Assembly (NCBI GenBank): GCA_951406725.2
Contig: OX597823.1
Location: forward strand, 22,072,001-22,136,000
Reading direction: 5' to 3'
Source of the DNA: Octopus vulgaris
Lineage: Eukaryota
Length of the DNA stretch: 64,000 nucleotides
This document shows positions 12,400 to 25,923 of this stretch, piece by piece. A program made the position numbers and the translations under genes. The notes under the pieces were generated by a model that saw only the letters and a program-made list of their open reading frames with translations, was not told the DNA's origin and searched no databases. The number at the start of each line of letters is the position of its first letter. Positions within the stretch are counted from its first letter, which is position 1.

Positions 12400-14100
12400 C
12401 GCGCTCAATGTTGCTAAATTAACAGCGGCAGCAACTTCAAGAATTTGGACCTGGAGATCTCCATTTCCAGCGACTTCGAGGGCCACCTCCCAGTGGTGTT
12501 GGGCGTCAACGAAGAGCCCTCGTCTACAACAAGACGACCAACGATTTTTTTTCCAAGGTCTGGGGTCTCCCGCCCCTAAGCCCTAGACCATCACCTAATC
12601 ACCCTTACCCGTCTTGTTGCTTAACAACAACAACAACAGCAGCAGCAACAACAAAAGGAATAGCAGTAGAAGCAACAGCAACCAACACAACAGAGAACTA
12701 ACCAACATCTATGGCTTCCACTTACCACACAGCAACAAAAACAACAACAGCATAAGAATCCCTCTAAACAACAACTTTGTCAATAGAAAAACAGTGAAAA
12801 GCTAGGCAAGGTTTTCCCTTCCCGTTTTCGGAGCAGTCAGATATGTCCTACGGCGAGAAGGTTGACGAAGAGCCTAAATGGCTCTAATAACGCTGTAAGA
12901 CGCTGGACAGAGGGACCGGTTAAATTGCTTGGGCTCTGCTTTGGTTCAGATCTCTCTCGGTGAAGGTCTTGGACGAAGTGACGAGCAGGGTGGCCAGTCT
13001 CAACCAGAAATGGGACGAGAGAAAGCTATCCCTGAACGATCGGGCAAAGATGGTGAATGCATACATCGCGTCCGTTATATATTATTGTCTTACCCCAGTT
13101 TACGTCTGATCAAACTAGAGTGCGTACTCTTCTACTCTCTGTGGAAAGAGTGCATCTACTGGTAAGGCTTTCCTTTTGCTACTAACACCTGTTGAATGGA
13201 GAGCTAGGCATGCTGTGGCTACCGATACACAGAAATGCACTGGGGCTGCGACATCTTCAGTGCTTCCTAGACGGTGAACAGGTGTCATCGTCCTTTGTCA
13301 GACACGATTTTCTACAGTTCATTTCTTTGTCTGAGCTGTAGTCATGGATCAAGCGTATTCCGAAAAAGGGCGCCTGGCACCAAGAGTGTCGTCAGGTGCT
13401 CACAGTCCTCTGTCAGTCGGGAAATTCGGTTGGTGGAAGTTCCACTCAAGCGTTTTATAGAGGTTTAATGGCGGGCGAGTGCGATGACGTTCATATGGAG
13501 TCTCTGGGTGTCGATGAGAATGAGGTGGCTGGTCTGTTCCGGTGAACTTTCGAGTCGGGGTCTATGGGTAACATCCAGAAATCTTTGCTACCGGGGGGTG
13601 GGGGGAACTGACAATTCAGTATAAACTCTACAGGCATGAAAATGCCGTTAACCGAGCTTGTTCGAGGTGCATGCGGATCGATGAAACTGATCTGCACGCT
13701 CTTGTCCAGTGATGAAGACAAACACTTTCCTCTTTGGCCAAGCCTTCATCGAATTTTCAACTTTTTTCACCAGAAAAGGAAAGTATAGGGTAGAGAGGGA
13801 AGTGGTGCTTCCAGACAATTTTGTTAAAAGTGGGCGAATGTAGCGCGAATGACCCGAGTGAACGGGTCTACGTTAAGCATGCGCTTTTAGATCGAGGGTG
13901 GATGAAGTGGAGAGGGTACTTGCCCAAAAGGTCAGGGCGATCGTGGTGGTTTTTTGGAGGATTTCCACGAGCAACCCATAGAAGTCTTCCTCATTTTTGG
14001 GGGTGGGTGGGGATTTAATTGTTATAATTTTAATTTTTATTCTGTTTTTACACGCTTCAATCTCACTCTATTTGTGTTACCCTCAGTGGTGAATAAAGAA
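12400..14100 (+). mobile_element. Decayed Tx1/L1-clade non-LTR retrotransposon (ORF2 C-terminal half, possible ORF1 scrap)
   Basis: Translations RWTEGPVKLLGLCFGSDL, LDEVTSRVASLNQKWDERKLSLNDRAKMVNAYIASVIYYCLT and RLIKLECVLFYSLWK, plus a decayed zinc knuckle ACSRCMRIDETDLHALVQ (~13655-13710). AATAAA at ~14092 before an ATT tract. The 12400-12800 part is uncertain. Confidence 0.75.
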
Positions 14101-14169
14101 AAGATTATTATTATTATCCTTATCATTTTTATTGTTGTTGTTGTTGTTGTTGCTGTTGTTGTTGTCCTT

Positions 14170-14535
14170 AAGGCTGCGAGCTGGCAGAATCGTAAGCACG
14201 CCGGGCGAAATGTTTAGCGGTATTTCGTCTGCCGCTACGTTCTGAGTTCAAATTCCGCCTTTCATCCTTTCGGGGTCGATAAATTAATTATCAGTTACGC
14301 ACTGGGGTCGATTTAATCGACTTAATCCGTTTGTCTGTCCTTGTTTGTCCTCTCTGTGTTTATCCCCTTGTGGGTTGTAAAGAAACAGGTATTTTGTCCA
14401 TCTTTACGTTCTGAGTTCAAATTCCGCCGATGTCTATCTTGCCTTTAATCCTTTCGGCGATCGATAAATTGAATACTAGTGAAACTCTGAGGTTTCGTCA
14501 AATTTCAGGCCTTGTATCTATAGTGGAAAGGATTA
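14170..14535 (+). mobile_element. SINE family C, tandem partial units
   Basis: AAGGC(G)GCGAGCTGGCAGAATCGTTAGCACGCCGGGCG...GAGTTCAAATTCCGCC...GCCTTTCATCCTTTCGGGGTCGATAAA; the body is repeated. Confidence 0.8.
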
Positions 14536-14576
14536 TTATTATTGTTGTTGTTGTTGCTGTTGCTATTATTATTATT

Positions 14577-15130
14577 GAGTGAGAGAGCAGTGCATGCCAT
14601 CAAAGTGACACTGGGGTAAAATATACGAAGCCCAGCATACCCATCATGACTACCCGTCTGATAAAGGTACACCAGGCACATGCATCACAACCATATGTGC
14701 GCGACATGGTGATCTCATATCAAGATAAACAGCACATGACCTTGCAGGTGGGACCCAGTTAGAATTTTCTTCAGGTCGAGTAGCCCATCCTGCTCAAAAG
14801 GTGCCTGAATAAGGGTTGCTTTAGGATGTTGAACGAAACACCTATGTTTCCAGAGGTGAATTATTCAAACTCCAAAGAATCCCTCTCAACACATGGCTAT
14901 GATGCTCCCCCACTACTTCTGCTCATGATCAGAGATGCACGTATTGTCAGCCACTAAGGGACATGCTCAACTGGTTAAGGTCAAACAACTGATAAGCAAA
15001 CCTGTGGTATTGAGCAGAATATTTGCTGTAGCCCATCTTTTATACCAAGACAAAACAATGTACATGATGACACTTCCAATCAGTTAAGATCAGAAGCCAC
15101 GAGAGCCACTGCCTGGTACTGCATCAGGGC

Positions 15131-15133
<3 letters not shown>
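14577..15133 (-). mobile_element. Family D (AAT)n-inserted element
   Basis: Full-length copy flanked by (TTA)n on both sides. Confidence 0.87.
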
Positions 15134-15202
<69 letters not shown>

Positions 15203-15341
15203 CATAGACGCCGCACAGAATACAATATCATGATGTTGTCGATTGAAGATATTGTATCTACCGGGATTTTGTACTGTTTGTCAAGTCGCAACAAGGACCT
15301 CAGACAGACAGTACTTTACGCAATATGCGTGCAGTTCCAAA

Positions 15342-15390
<49 letters not shown>

Positions 15391-15401
15391 GTTGTTGTTG
15401 T

Positions 15402-15435
<34 letters not shown>

Positions 15436-15440
15436 TGTTT

Positions 15441-15741
15441 GTTCCTTCTCGAGCCATGCCTGGCTCATAAGGGCCGGTTTCCCGGTTTCCTTGGCGTATA
15501 GATTCCCCACCTGGACGGGGCGCCGGTCCGTCGCAGGTGAACTGCAAGATGCAGGAGGAAAGAGTGAGAGAAAGTTTTGGAGAAAGAATCAGCATCAGAA
15601 GTTCGCCATCACCTTCTGCCGGAGCCGCGTGGAGCTTAGGTGTTTCGCTCATAAACACACACACATCGTCCGGTCTGGGCCTCGAACCCGCGATCCCTCG
15701 ACCGCGAGTCCGCTGCTCTAACAACTAGGCCATGTGCCTCC
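15441..15741 (-). mobile_element. SINE family A head with tail type 3
   Basis: Family A head and core followed by ...CACCTGCGACGGACCGGCGCCCCGTCCAGGTGGGG...GGCTCGAGAAGGAAC-(AAC)n. Confidence 0.75.
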
Positions 15742-15742
15742 A

Positions 15743-15879
<137 letters not shown>

Positions 15880-15910
15880 TATTATTATTATTATTATTAT
15901 TATTTATTAA

Positions 15911-15950
<40 letters not shown>

Positions 15951-16008
15951 TTATTATTATTATTACTATTATTATTATTATTATTAATATTATTATTATT
16001 ATTATTAG

Positions 16009-16039
<31 letters not shown>

Positions 16040-16653
16040 AGTTGAAGTAGCATCTACATAAATTTAAACAAAGTTTCATTATGTGTTAAATAAGAATAAA
16101 ATGCAAGCAGATTCTTTTATGCTAGAACCCCCTTCAAAATGTCCCCTAGTAGTTACACCTCTTTGCGTTTATATGTTCAAATAACTTTAGAGTCGAATTC
16201 CGTCTTCCATCTTTCCATGGGTCAATGAAAATAACTACTATGAAGCATTGAGATTGATTATATCGCCTGTACTCCGAAATGCCTAAGGCATTACAGTAAA
16301 AAATATTCGAAGTCAACACTTATTTAAAACTTAATTGAGCAGATGTGAAATTAAGACGTAAATGAAGAAATCGTATATCCAAAATAATTATTAAGCGTCC
16401 AAAAATAGTTGACGTCACACCTCTTTGTCTTCATCACTTAACGAGATAAACACTCAAACGTGGTCGAGACTTAACATTCTATTATTATATTTCCTTTAGT
16501 ATGAAACATGTTTTATAAGAAATATTAACTGGACCACAGGATTTGATTAGTGCTTTATATTAAGCTTCCTTAGTACGTGGCTGGTATTATTTATTTTTTC
16601 GAGCTCAGAAGGATGAAAGGCAAAGTTACTCTGGGCACGTAAGGGTCGTAACT

Positions 16654-17080
16654 AAGGCGGTGAGCAGGCAGAAACGTTAGCACGCCGGGAAAATGCATAG
16701 CCGTATTTCGTTTGTCGTTACGTTCTGAGTTCAAATTCCGCCTAGGTCGACTTTGCCTTTCATCCTTTCGGGGTCGATTAAATAAGTACCAGTTACGCAC
16801 TGGGGTCGATATAATCGACTTAATCCGTTTGTCTGTCCTTGTTTGTCTTCTCTGTGTTTAGCCCCTTGTGGGCAATAAAGAAATGAAAAAAACGTTAGCA
16901 CGCCGGGTGAATTGCTTAGTGGTATTTCGTCTGTCTTTATGTTCTGAGTTCAAATTCTGCCGAGATCGACTTTCATCCTTTCAGGGTCGATAAATTAAGT
17001 ACCAGTTGCGTACTGGAGTCGATCTAATCGACTGGCCCCCTCCACTCAAATTTCGGGCCTTGTGCTTAGAGTAGAAAAAA
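16654..17080 (+). mobile_element. SINE family C dimer
   Basis: Two head-to-tail units starting at AAGGCGGTGAGC (16654) and AAACGTTAGCACGCCGGG (~16890). Confidence 0.8.
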
Positions 17081-17859
17081 AGGGTCGTAACTAAAAGTAA
17101 CAGAAAGTAAGGGTCGTAACTAAATATCGTGTAAGCATTTTCCCATGAAATGTAATTTATTTTTACACGATTCTCAGCTCAAAACTGGGCCAGTCTATTT
17201 AAGTATAAATCGGCACCATTTCAAAAATCATCCAGTCCATGAAACTATAAATTTCTACCAGTTAAAAAATGGTTGAATCCATTTAATTGTATACAGGTAC
17301 CAGCCCGCAGCCATAAAAGTGACAGTGCTGTATAACTAACAGGCGTTTTATTATTTTAATCGTGTATTGGTGGTATAATATAGTATAATATGTGGACGCA
17401 AGAATAGTGCAATGTTAAGAAGTTTGTTTACAATCATGGGGTTTCAGGTTCGATCTCACTGTTGGGATCTTGGGCAAGTATCTTCATGGGTTGATCCATG
17501 CACTGAAAGTTAAACCAAGCAGACGGAGACCGAGAGGAAGCTTATCAGATCGATTATACAAGTAATTCAAAAACTGGCCTTGTCACCATGTTGTGTTACA
17601 CTGATTCGTGTTGAAGATTAAGTTGAATAGGTATATCTGTGGAATACTCAACCATTTAGACGTTAATTTAATGAGTTTGACACTCAGTGAATCTAGAAAT
17701 TAAATGCTCATCGTCATAATTGACAGAGAATCCATCTATAGAATGCATTACACCATACTGTATTATAATACACCAAGGGCAGCGTTGTGTGATGTAGTGC
17801 TGTGTAGTACTGATGAAGCATCGTCGGCGTTTTATCGTGTGTCCGATAATTTATTTAGC

Positions 17860-18530
17860 TTCTTCTTGACCGCTTCTTCCCCTCTGTCTGTATTTATGCC
17901 CCTGATGACTATTGAGGCCAATTCTTGCATGGAAGTGTCTGTTGCAAAGTTCACAAGGGATCCGTGATGAAGGCTTGGTTGTTCCAGCCTCTATTTTCTT
18001 TTCTCTTCTTTCCACTGTCGTTCAGCTTCAAAAGGATTTGTCACAGCGGAGATGGAATGATGCCAACCGAGCCTGTCCCAGGGCTTTGGGATCGATTCCA
18101 GTCGGTTTTAGGCTTTGCTTTAACTTGTCCTTGTATCGACAGAGATGACAGTCACGAAGTCTTCTTCCAGTGGAAAGTTCACCATATAAAATTTAACGAG
18201 GTAGCCTGGCCTCTTTCATTCTTGCTGCGAGACCCGTTCATCTCAGACGATGTTTCATGATGCAACATTGCAAAGACTATATCACAAAGACAAGCCTCCC
18301 TTAAGAATTTTTAATTCTGTACAACACTCAGGTGAGAATCACAATGGAATGCTGCTCTATCATCTGGTACAGTACTGTATTCTTACATCTTCAATATCGC
18401 ATAAAAAAAAAACTTGATCACCAACAAACTCCAGCATTAGGCCTTGTCTTTGATTCTTTCTACCGTTACTATACTGGTCTCTGCTCTTCATATCAAACTG
18501 ATCTCAAGCCACCTCCACTCAGGATTGTTT
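17860..18530 (-). mobile_element. Decayed RTE (BovB-like) LINE 3' end
   Basis: Minus-strand translation gives MKHRLR..., RLPR...LYGELSTGRR...RYKDKLKQSLK, and a terminal C2H2 finger CELCNRHFHARIGLNSH, typical of RTE ORF ends. Confidence 0.72.
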
Positions 18531-19791
18531 TGTAGTACACACAGTAATGTGTTATATTACTGTGGTGTAGATTCACCAATGATGTAATTGGTTGGGTATT
18601 AGACAATCGGTGTTAGTACTGAAGAATTGCATTGTTATAATTCCATAGACAAATGCACAGATATGCTTAATGCATTAAATAGGTTTAAAATATATTCTAC
18701 GAGATAAACTAGTTGCATGCTCCAACTGCATGCAGTATCGCCTTTCATCCCCTTACCTCGCAGAACCATTTTCACCCCAAACCGCAACACGGCCTTTTAC
18801 AGTTGTTGAAACTGAACATGCTGCACAGAGTGGATCTCTCTACAAAGATCAAGGACGCTCACCCTCCACCACACTTTCCTGAAAAACTTATAAAACAAAG
18901 TTTCGCCATGAATTGTCCAAATCTTCGATGAAAAATTCCAGATTAATTAGCTTTGCATCTGCCTTGCATAATATACTGGAGTCTATGAAGAGAAATGTGC
19001 TTGTTATCTACATGCGCAACAGCGACCTATTTGCGAAAAAGCCAGCGAAGCTGAAGTTGTCTGATAGACACTAAACAGACGTATTTGATATTTACTGATT
19101 GTAAAAAAAAAAAAATTAAAAAAAATATCGTGGTTCCTCGTTAGAAACATTTTATCAAAGCTTTGAAACTCAGGAGCTGAAGTTTACATAATAAAGTGGC
19201 TCAATAACTTCCTAGTAGTAGTCAAAAGGTTTGCGTTGACTATACATTGACCATACACAAAAATAAAGAACTGCATCATACGTGGTTTTATGTTAAACTT
19301 AATTATGTTTGCTACATTCTTAAATATCGTTTTGCAAGGTCTTTGCTAATGACGTCAGGATTATAAGCACAAGTAATGAGGTTGCAAGAGATTTTGAATA
19401 AAATACATTCTTGATAATATTTAAACGTGAGAAAATCTCGGTAATAATTATCTAAGGAATATAAGAAAATTATAATTGCTAGATTTAAGCGATCTAAGCT
19501 ATTTTGTATAAAATTATGGGATATATTGTCGAAGATAATGAAGAAGAGAAAATTCGTGGTGTAATTACATATACGTGCACTCCAGTTGCTAACAGCTAAC
19601 TACTTTCTTGGAATATAAATTAACTTACCAGCAAATATAAATATTTTTCCAATATTTTTTTATAATTTCATGAATATTAAATCATTGCGATGGATCACAC
19701 AACACTGAGGATTGGAGATTTTTCTAAAAAAATAAAAAAAAAGTAATGAGCAAAGAAACATCCAGATTGATGGTAATATTTGATTGGACCA

Positions 19792-20645
19792 GGGCGGCGA
19801 GCTGGCAGAATCGTTAGCACGCCGGGCGAAATGCTCAGCAGTATTTCGTCTGTCGCTATGTTCTGAGTTCAAATTCCACCGAGGTCCAGTTTGCCTTTCA
19901 TCCTTTCAGGAGGCGATTAAATAAGTACCAGTTACGCACTGAGGTCGATATAATCGACTTAATCTGTTTGTCTGTCTTTGTTTGTCCCCTCTGTGTTTAG
20001 CCTCTTGTGGGTAGTAAAGAAATAAGTATTTCGTCTGTCGCTACGTTCTGAGTTCAAATTCCGCCGAGGTCCAGTTTGCCTTTCATCCTTTCGGGGGGCG
20101 ATTAAATAAGTACCAGTTACGCAATGGAGTTCATATAATCGACTTAATCCGTTTGTCTGTCCTTGTTTGTCCTCTCTGTGTTTAGCCCCTTGTGGGTAGT
20201 AAAGAAATAAGAATCGTTAGGACGCCGGGCGAAATGATTAGTGGCATTTCGTCTGCCGTTACGTTCTGAGTTCAAATTCCGCCGCGGTCGACTTTGCCTT
20301 TCATCTTTTCGGGATCGATTAAATAAGTACCTATTACGCACTTAAACCCTTTGTTTGTCCTTGTTTTTCCCCCTCTATGTTTAGCCCCCTTTGAGAAATA
20401 AAGAAATATTTGATTGAACCAGAGCAGCAAGCGAGCATAATCTTTTGCACGCAAGGGAATATGTTTTGCGTCATTTCGCCCGTCTTTATGTTCTAGGTTC
20501 AAATTCCGCCGAGGTCGACTTTATCTTTCATCCTCTCGGGATCGATAAAATAAGTACCTGCTGGGCAGCAGGGTTGATGTAATCGACTTAGGTTCCTCCT
20601 CCGAAATTGCTGGCTTTGTGCTAAAATTTAAAACGAATATTTGAT
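19792..20645 (+). mobile_element. Tandem array of ~4 SINE family C units
   Basis: Units begin near 19792, 20026, 20211 and 20421, each with GTTCTGAGTTCAAATTCCGCCGAGGTC..GCCTTTCATC or a variant. Confidence 0.8.
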
Positions 20646-21841
20646 CAAGGCGCTGCTTATCACACTGTTCTGTTTGTCTGTCTGTCTCTTTCTTTCCCCC
20701 TCTCTTTCTTTCACGCACATAGGCATTTACACATACGCAGGCATATACTCACACACGTATACACACATACATATACCTACACAAATACACAACGTACGCG
20801 AAAGAACCTTTACACAATCACAGAGAAAAGCGTAAAATTTCTTTCACGCTTCGACCCAACATGCTAAAAAATGGCTAATTATAATCGACTTGTTGATACA
20901 CTATGCCAGTAAAGAACAGGATCTGGTTGGCCACGGAAGGAACGGAGATTAAAAGATGAAAATAATCTCACCTGTTTGCAGCACCATGTGGTGGGTGTTC
21001 CGGTTGTTACTAAGCAACCACACAGACACACATCAGCACAAATTGGCGGAGAGTGATGAACTCCGTTATGAGTTTTTTCAGCTGATCTGGAATGTAGAAG
21101 CTAAGATTTTCACTCTATGAATCAAAGTCTTAAGGCAGAGAAATACACTTTAGAAAAATCGATATATTTTAAACATCGATTTTCAACAAGAATTTTTGGA
21201 GAAAAGATTTATTTATCAACTCTATTCTTTAATTGGTAGTTATTTTAATGACTTCAGGGAGAACGGAATGCAAGATGGACATCGGCACGATTTCACTTTA
21301 GTAGACAAAGAGTCGTAACTAAGTACTCCAATACATTTAATCCGACTCTTTGCCAATTTTATCATTCACCGTCCTTTTTATAGCGATAAAAAATTCTTAC
21401 ATTTTAGGCATGGAGGAGGAGAAAGAGAGGAAGGAGGAGTGTAGTTATTAAATATCAGCCTCCAGTACTTCGCTGGTTCTTATTTTATCGACCACTGAAG
21501 AATGAATGTCAAAGTTAAGATTGGTTTCCGACGGAAGGCATTTTAACCAGCACTCTACCAATTTCACCGAAACAACGTTCTTGATTTCTAGCGTAGACCC
21601 ACAGGACAATGACTGTTGATTATATCGATCCTAGTGTACTTACTTTTATCGACCCCAGGGGAGGTTGAACAGCAGAGCCGATCTCAGTTGATTTATATTT
21701 AGAATTAAAAGAGACACATGAGCGAATAAATATTATTCTATTATTGGCTGGTAATGTTATCTAAAAACCTTAATTCATAGAAATATATCCAACACGAATA
21801 CGTTGCTACTCACGCGACGTATTTTATCTGAATCGGTGATC

Positions 21842-22131
21842 GGTACTTTTTGGTTATCTCACCCCCATTAAAAAATTGCCATTAAAAATTTTTTCAGCTT
21901 TCATGTTTATTAATCTTTTCAGTTTTGTATGATTTGTTATAAAAATTTTTTATCAGATTTAATACGATGTTTTATCTTACCACTATTCATGTTTATTAAT
22001 TTTTTCATTTTTTTTTGTTTTATTTAGGGTTAAACAATTTTTTAGTTGAGGGAGATGACCAAAAGTAACGATATTTCTCGTGGGGAAGATAACCCAATTT
22101 TTGAATGGAGATGAGATAACCAAAGGGTACC
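21842..22131. mobile_element. MITE with GG..CC termini and 8-bp TSD (Merlin-like)
   Basis: Imperfect ~37-bp TIRs GGTACTTTTTGGTTATCTCACCCCCATTAAAAAATTG / CAATTTTTGAATGGAGATGAGATAACCAAAGGGTACC. Flanks CGGTGATC (21834-21841) and CGGCGATC (22132-22139). Confidence 0.65.
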
Positions 22132-22477
22132 CGGCGATCTTTTACCAATTAGATCGACAAAACTTCGAATTGTTTGTTGTCGTTGATATTGTATCATTAA
22201 TCAAACAGATCTCGGTTCAAACACGTTAAAGTCATGACCATGCCATCTGCTTTTTTTTCTCAGACATAATGCATGAGTAACGCCCTTTACTTTTTAAAAG
22301 GATCGGGTGTAATCTGAGGGCGATTTAGTTGCTATTTCTTGCAAATAAAGCAATCACCTGAAGGTTCTTGTTGGCTGCTGTTGTTGGCGCTTATATCGAT
22401 GGTATCGGTGGCAATGGTGATTGGTGGTGATGGTGGCAGTGATGAGAGCAGTGGTGATAGTGTCATTGCTATTGCTG

Positions 22478-22966
22478 TCTTCTTCTAATCAGGACTCACG
22501 CCATTAGCCACAAAGAATAATCTCTAATTCGAGCCTACTCTAAGCTACTAAGAATGCGTGTGGCAACTTGAAGATCCACTCACTACGGGCGATAGACTAG
22601 CGGTTGCACAGGCGCAAAAGCTACGTTGTTATCCTCATTCCGTAAACGGTGGCTTTTTAACGGGCGGAGAGCTGAACCATCCTGGGGTACAGCGGATTCG
22701 CAATCTAGACTAGGGTCTGAAAGTTTACCACACCATAGTGGGTTACACCATGGTTCCTCTCTGTTTCGTGGTAGAAGTAGGAAGAAAGAGTGAGAGAAAG
22801 TTGTGGTGAAAGAATACAGCGAGCTTCACCTCCCCACTCCGCCGGAGCCTCGTGGAACTTAGATGCTTTTTGATCAATAAACACTTACAATGACCGGTCT
22901 GGGTATCGAAACCGCGTTCTTACGACCGCGAGTCCGCTGCCCTAACCACTGGGCCATTGCGCCTCC
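22478..22966 (-). mobile_element. SINE family A head with tail type 4
   Basis: Family A head and core (22775-22966) continue into ~300 bp unrelated to the other tails, ending ...GAGTCCTGATTAGAAGAAGAC. The tail boundary is uncertain. Confidence 0.6.
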
Positions 22967-23144
22967 ACTGCTGTTGCTGTTGTTGTTGTTGGTAACTGTG
23001 ATCTTAGAAATTCTGTTGATAGTCGTAACGGTGATGGTGACAGTAGTTGTGGCGATGGTGGTGTTGGTAGTATTAGCGGTGTTGGTAGCACTGATAATGT
23101 TGGTGGCGTCATCTGTCCGTGTAGTGGCGTCGGTGGTGATGGTG

Positions 23145-23460
23145 TTGGTGATGGGGGATAGTGCGGGTAACAATGTGGGTAGAGGTGCTGGTGGCGGTGG
23201 CGGTGGTGGTGGTGATGGTGGTGGTGTTGGTGTTGGTGTTGGTGATGGGGATAGTGCGGGTAATAATGTGGGTAGAGGTGCTGGTGGCGGTGGCGGTGGT
23301 GGTGATGATGGTGGTGGTGTTGGTGTTGGTGATGGGGATAGTGCGGGTAACAATGTGAGTAGAGGTGCTGGTGGCGGTGGTGGTGGCGATGGTGGTGGTG
23401 TTGGTGTTGGTGATGGGGATAGTGCGGGTAATAATGTGGGTAGAGTGCTGGTGGTGGTGT
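23145..23460. repeat. GGT-rich minisatellite, ~81-93 bp unit x ~4
   Basis: GATGGGGATAGTGCGGGTAA(C/T)AATGTG(G/A)GTAGAG recurs at ~23152, 23243, 23330 and 23412 within a (GGT/GGC)n field. Confidence 0.85.
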
Positions 23461-23578
23461 TGGTGCTGGTGTTGGTGATAGTGACGGCTTTGGTAGTGGT
23501 GAGGGTGGTGGTGCTGGTGCTGGTGGTGGTACTGGTAACGGTGATGCTGTTGGTGTTAATGTTATTAGTGTTATTGAT

Positions 23579-23621
<43 letters not shown>

Positions 23622-25113
23622 GTGGTGGTGGTGGTGGTGGTGGTACCAGTGTTAGTGTTGGCGGTGTTGATGGTGGTTTAGAAAAAACGAATGTTTATAA
23701 ATAAACTATTCACGTGAGTCATGTATTGCAAATAACGGCTACAGCCATAGCAACAACAACAACAACAACAACAAAAGACGACGAGAAGAACAGTTCAATT
23801 AGGGAAGACGAAAAGGAGAGGAAAAGAAAAAAAAAAGAAAAAAAGAAAAAAAGAAGAAAATAAGTAGGTAAGCCATAATGACTGCAGCATGCTGGAAAAT
23901 ACAGTTTAATTAAAGTGGATATTAAGTTATAAAACATTTACTAAATGAAAGAAACAGGTGGAGGGATGGTAGTAGCAGAGGAGAAGGAGGAGGAGGGACG
24001 GGGGACAAAAATTGGGTAAGGTTAAATTAGCGGTAAGGGAGTAGTGGAAGAGAGGGTTGTGGGGTGGAGTAAACTGATGAAGTAGGAGCAGCAGCAGCAG
24101 CAGCAGTGGCATTAGTAGTGACAAGGCTCGTGGTTAACTGCAACATAGTAATAATGTTTGTTGTTGCTACTGCTGTTGCTATCGCTGTTTTTTTTTGCTA
24201 TTGTAATTACTGCCGTGTCCAATGTTGCTATAGTAGTACTAGTAGTAGTAGTAGTAGTAGTTGTTGTTGTTGTTGGTGTTGTTTTTTATTATTCATGTTT
24301 TTGTTGTTGTTGTTGTTCTGCTGACATACCCTCTCACTTCTTTCACACCCCACCAAGCCAGTATAAAAACTACCTGTCACTTGCCCGGATCAACGCGTTT
24401 CATTTTGAAAAATTCCGTCGCCGTGAGTAGTCCTCCAGCATTTTTCTAACATTTTCATTTACTATCTTTCCAAACGCCTTTTTCTCTTGATAACCTATCA
24501 TTTATACCATTCTTACTCGCTTACTATTGTTCTAATTCTTCATGTTATTGTTGTTGTTGTTGTTGTTGTTATTGTTACTGCGGTCGCTATTGCTTTTGTC
24601 TCTATTATAATTTCATTCACCCCTTAGGATGCACCATCAGAATATAAACTGTCCTCAGTACTTTTATACTTAAATATTTATGTAATATCACAAGCAATAA
24701 ACAATAGCGTCGTTCATTATAGTGTTCAGGCCCAGAAACTGGCTCACTGCATTTCTGACGAAGTCAATGGCAGGAGAGTGTCTGTAACTTGATGCGGAAT
24801 TAACAGCTCAAGGGACTTCGTTTGAAAAACACGATTAACACGATTTTCTAGGTTTATTTATATCCAAACGAATATTTGCATATTTGATTTCCTATTTATA
24901 TCCTTTGCCGAAATACACACAGTTTCCACTCACAAGGTCTAATACTATGCCAGAAGACTCTTCCTCAAGGTGCTGTGCCGCGCGATTGAACTTACGTGCA
25001 ACTGATTGGGAAGCGAAGCGAAATTCCCAGTCACACACAGCCATGTTTTTGCTTTACTGGGTCCCAGAAGGATTTCAGGCAATGTTGATCAGAGCTCGAC
25101 TTGAACTTAGAAC

Positions 25114-25154
<41 letters not shown>

Positions 25155-25302
25155 CGACGACGAAAATGATGATGATAATGATGTTAATTATATTCATGAT
25201 GTTGATGATGATATTATGGTTACTATTGCATCACTTCAACTGGCTCAACTGATCTGTTTCACCTATACTACTACTACTACTACTAATAATAATAATAATA
25301 AT

Positions 25303-25859
25303 AAATGCCCTGATGCAGTACCAGGCATTGGCTCGCGTGGCTTCTGATCATAACTGACGGAAAGTGTTATCATGTACATTGTTTTGTCTTGGTATAAAAG
25401 ATAGGCTACAGTAAATATTCTGCTCAATACCACAGATTTGCTTGTCAGTTGTTTGACATTAACCAGTTGACATTGTCCCTTAGTAGCTGACGATATGTGC
25501 ATCTCTGATCACGAGCAGAAGTAGTGGGGGAGTATCATAGCCATGTGTTGAGAGGAATTCTTTGGGGTTTGAATAATTCATCTCTGGAAACATGGGTGTT
25601 TCGTTCAACATCCTTAAACAACCCTTACTCAGGGACCTTTAGAGCGAGATGGGGAACTCGACCTGAAGAAAATTCCAGTTGGGCCCCACCTGCAAGGTCA
25701 TGTGCTGTTTATCTTGATATGAGTTCACTATGTCGCGCACATATGGTTGTGATGCATGTCCCTAGTGTACCCTTATCAGACTGGTAGTCATGACGGATAC
25801 ACTGGGCTCTGTACATTTTACTCCAGTGTCCTTTGGTGGCATGCGCTGCTCTCACACTC
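25303..25859 (+). mobile_element. Family D (AAT)n-inserted element
   Basis: (AAT)n-ATGCCCTGATGCAGTACC...CTCTCACACTC-(AAT)n. Confidence 0.85.
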
Positions 25860-25860
25860 C

Positions 25861-25922
<62 letters not shown>

Positions 25923-25923
<1 letters not shown>

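Noticed and set aside
22890-23681. 263-aa Gly/Val-rich ORF (and antisense Pro-rich ORF)
   Set aside because: Starts inside a SINE and is built from (GGT/GGC)n plus a minisatellite; stop-free by composition only.
25306-25330. CCTGATGCAGTACCAGG as a hammerhead core or U2 snRNA stem-loop IV relic
   Set aside because: CTGATGC is not CTGANGA and no GAAA strand follows; the U2 resemblance is only ~9 nt.
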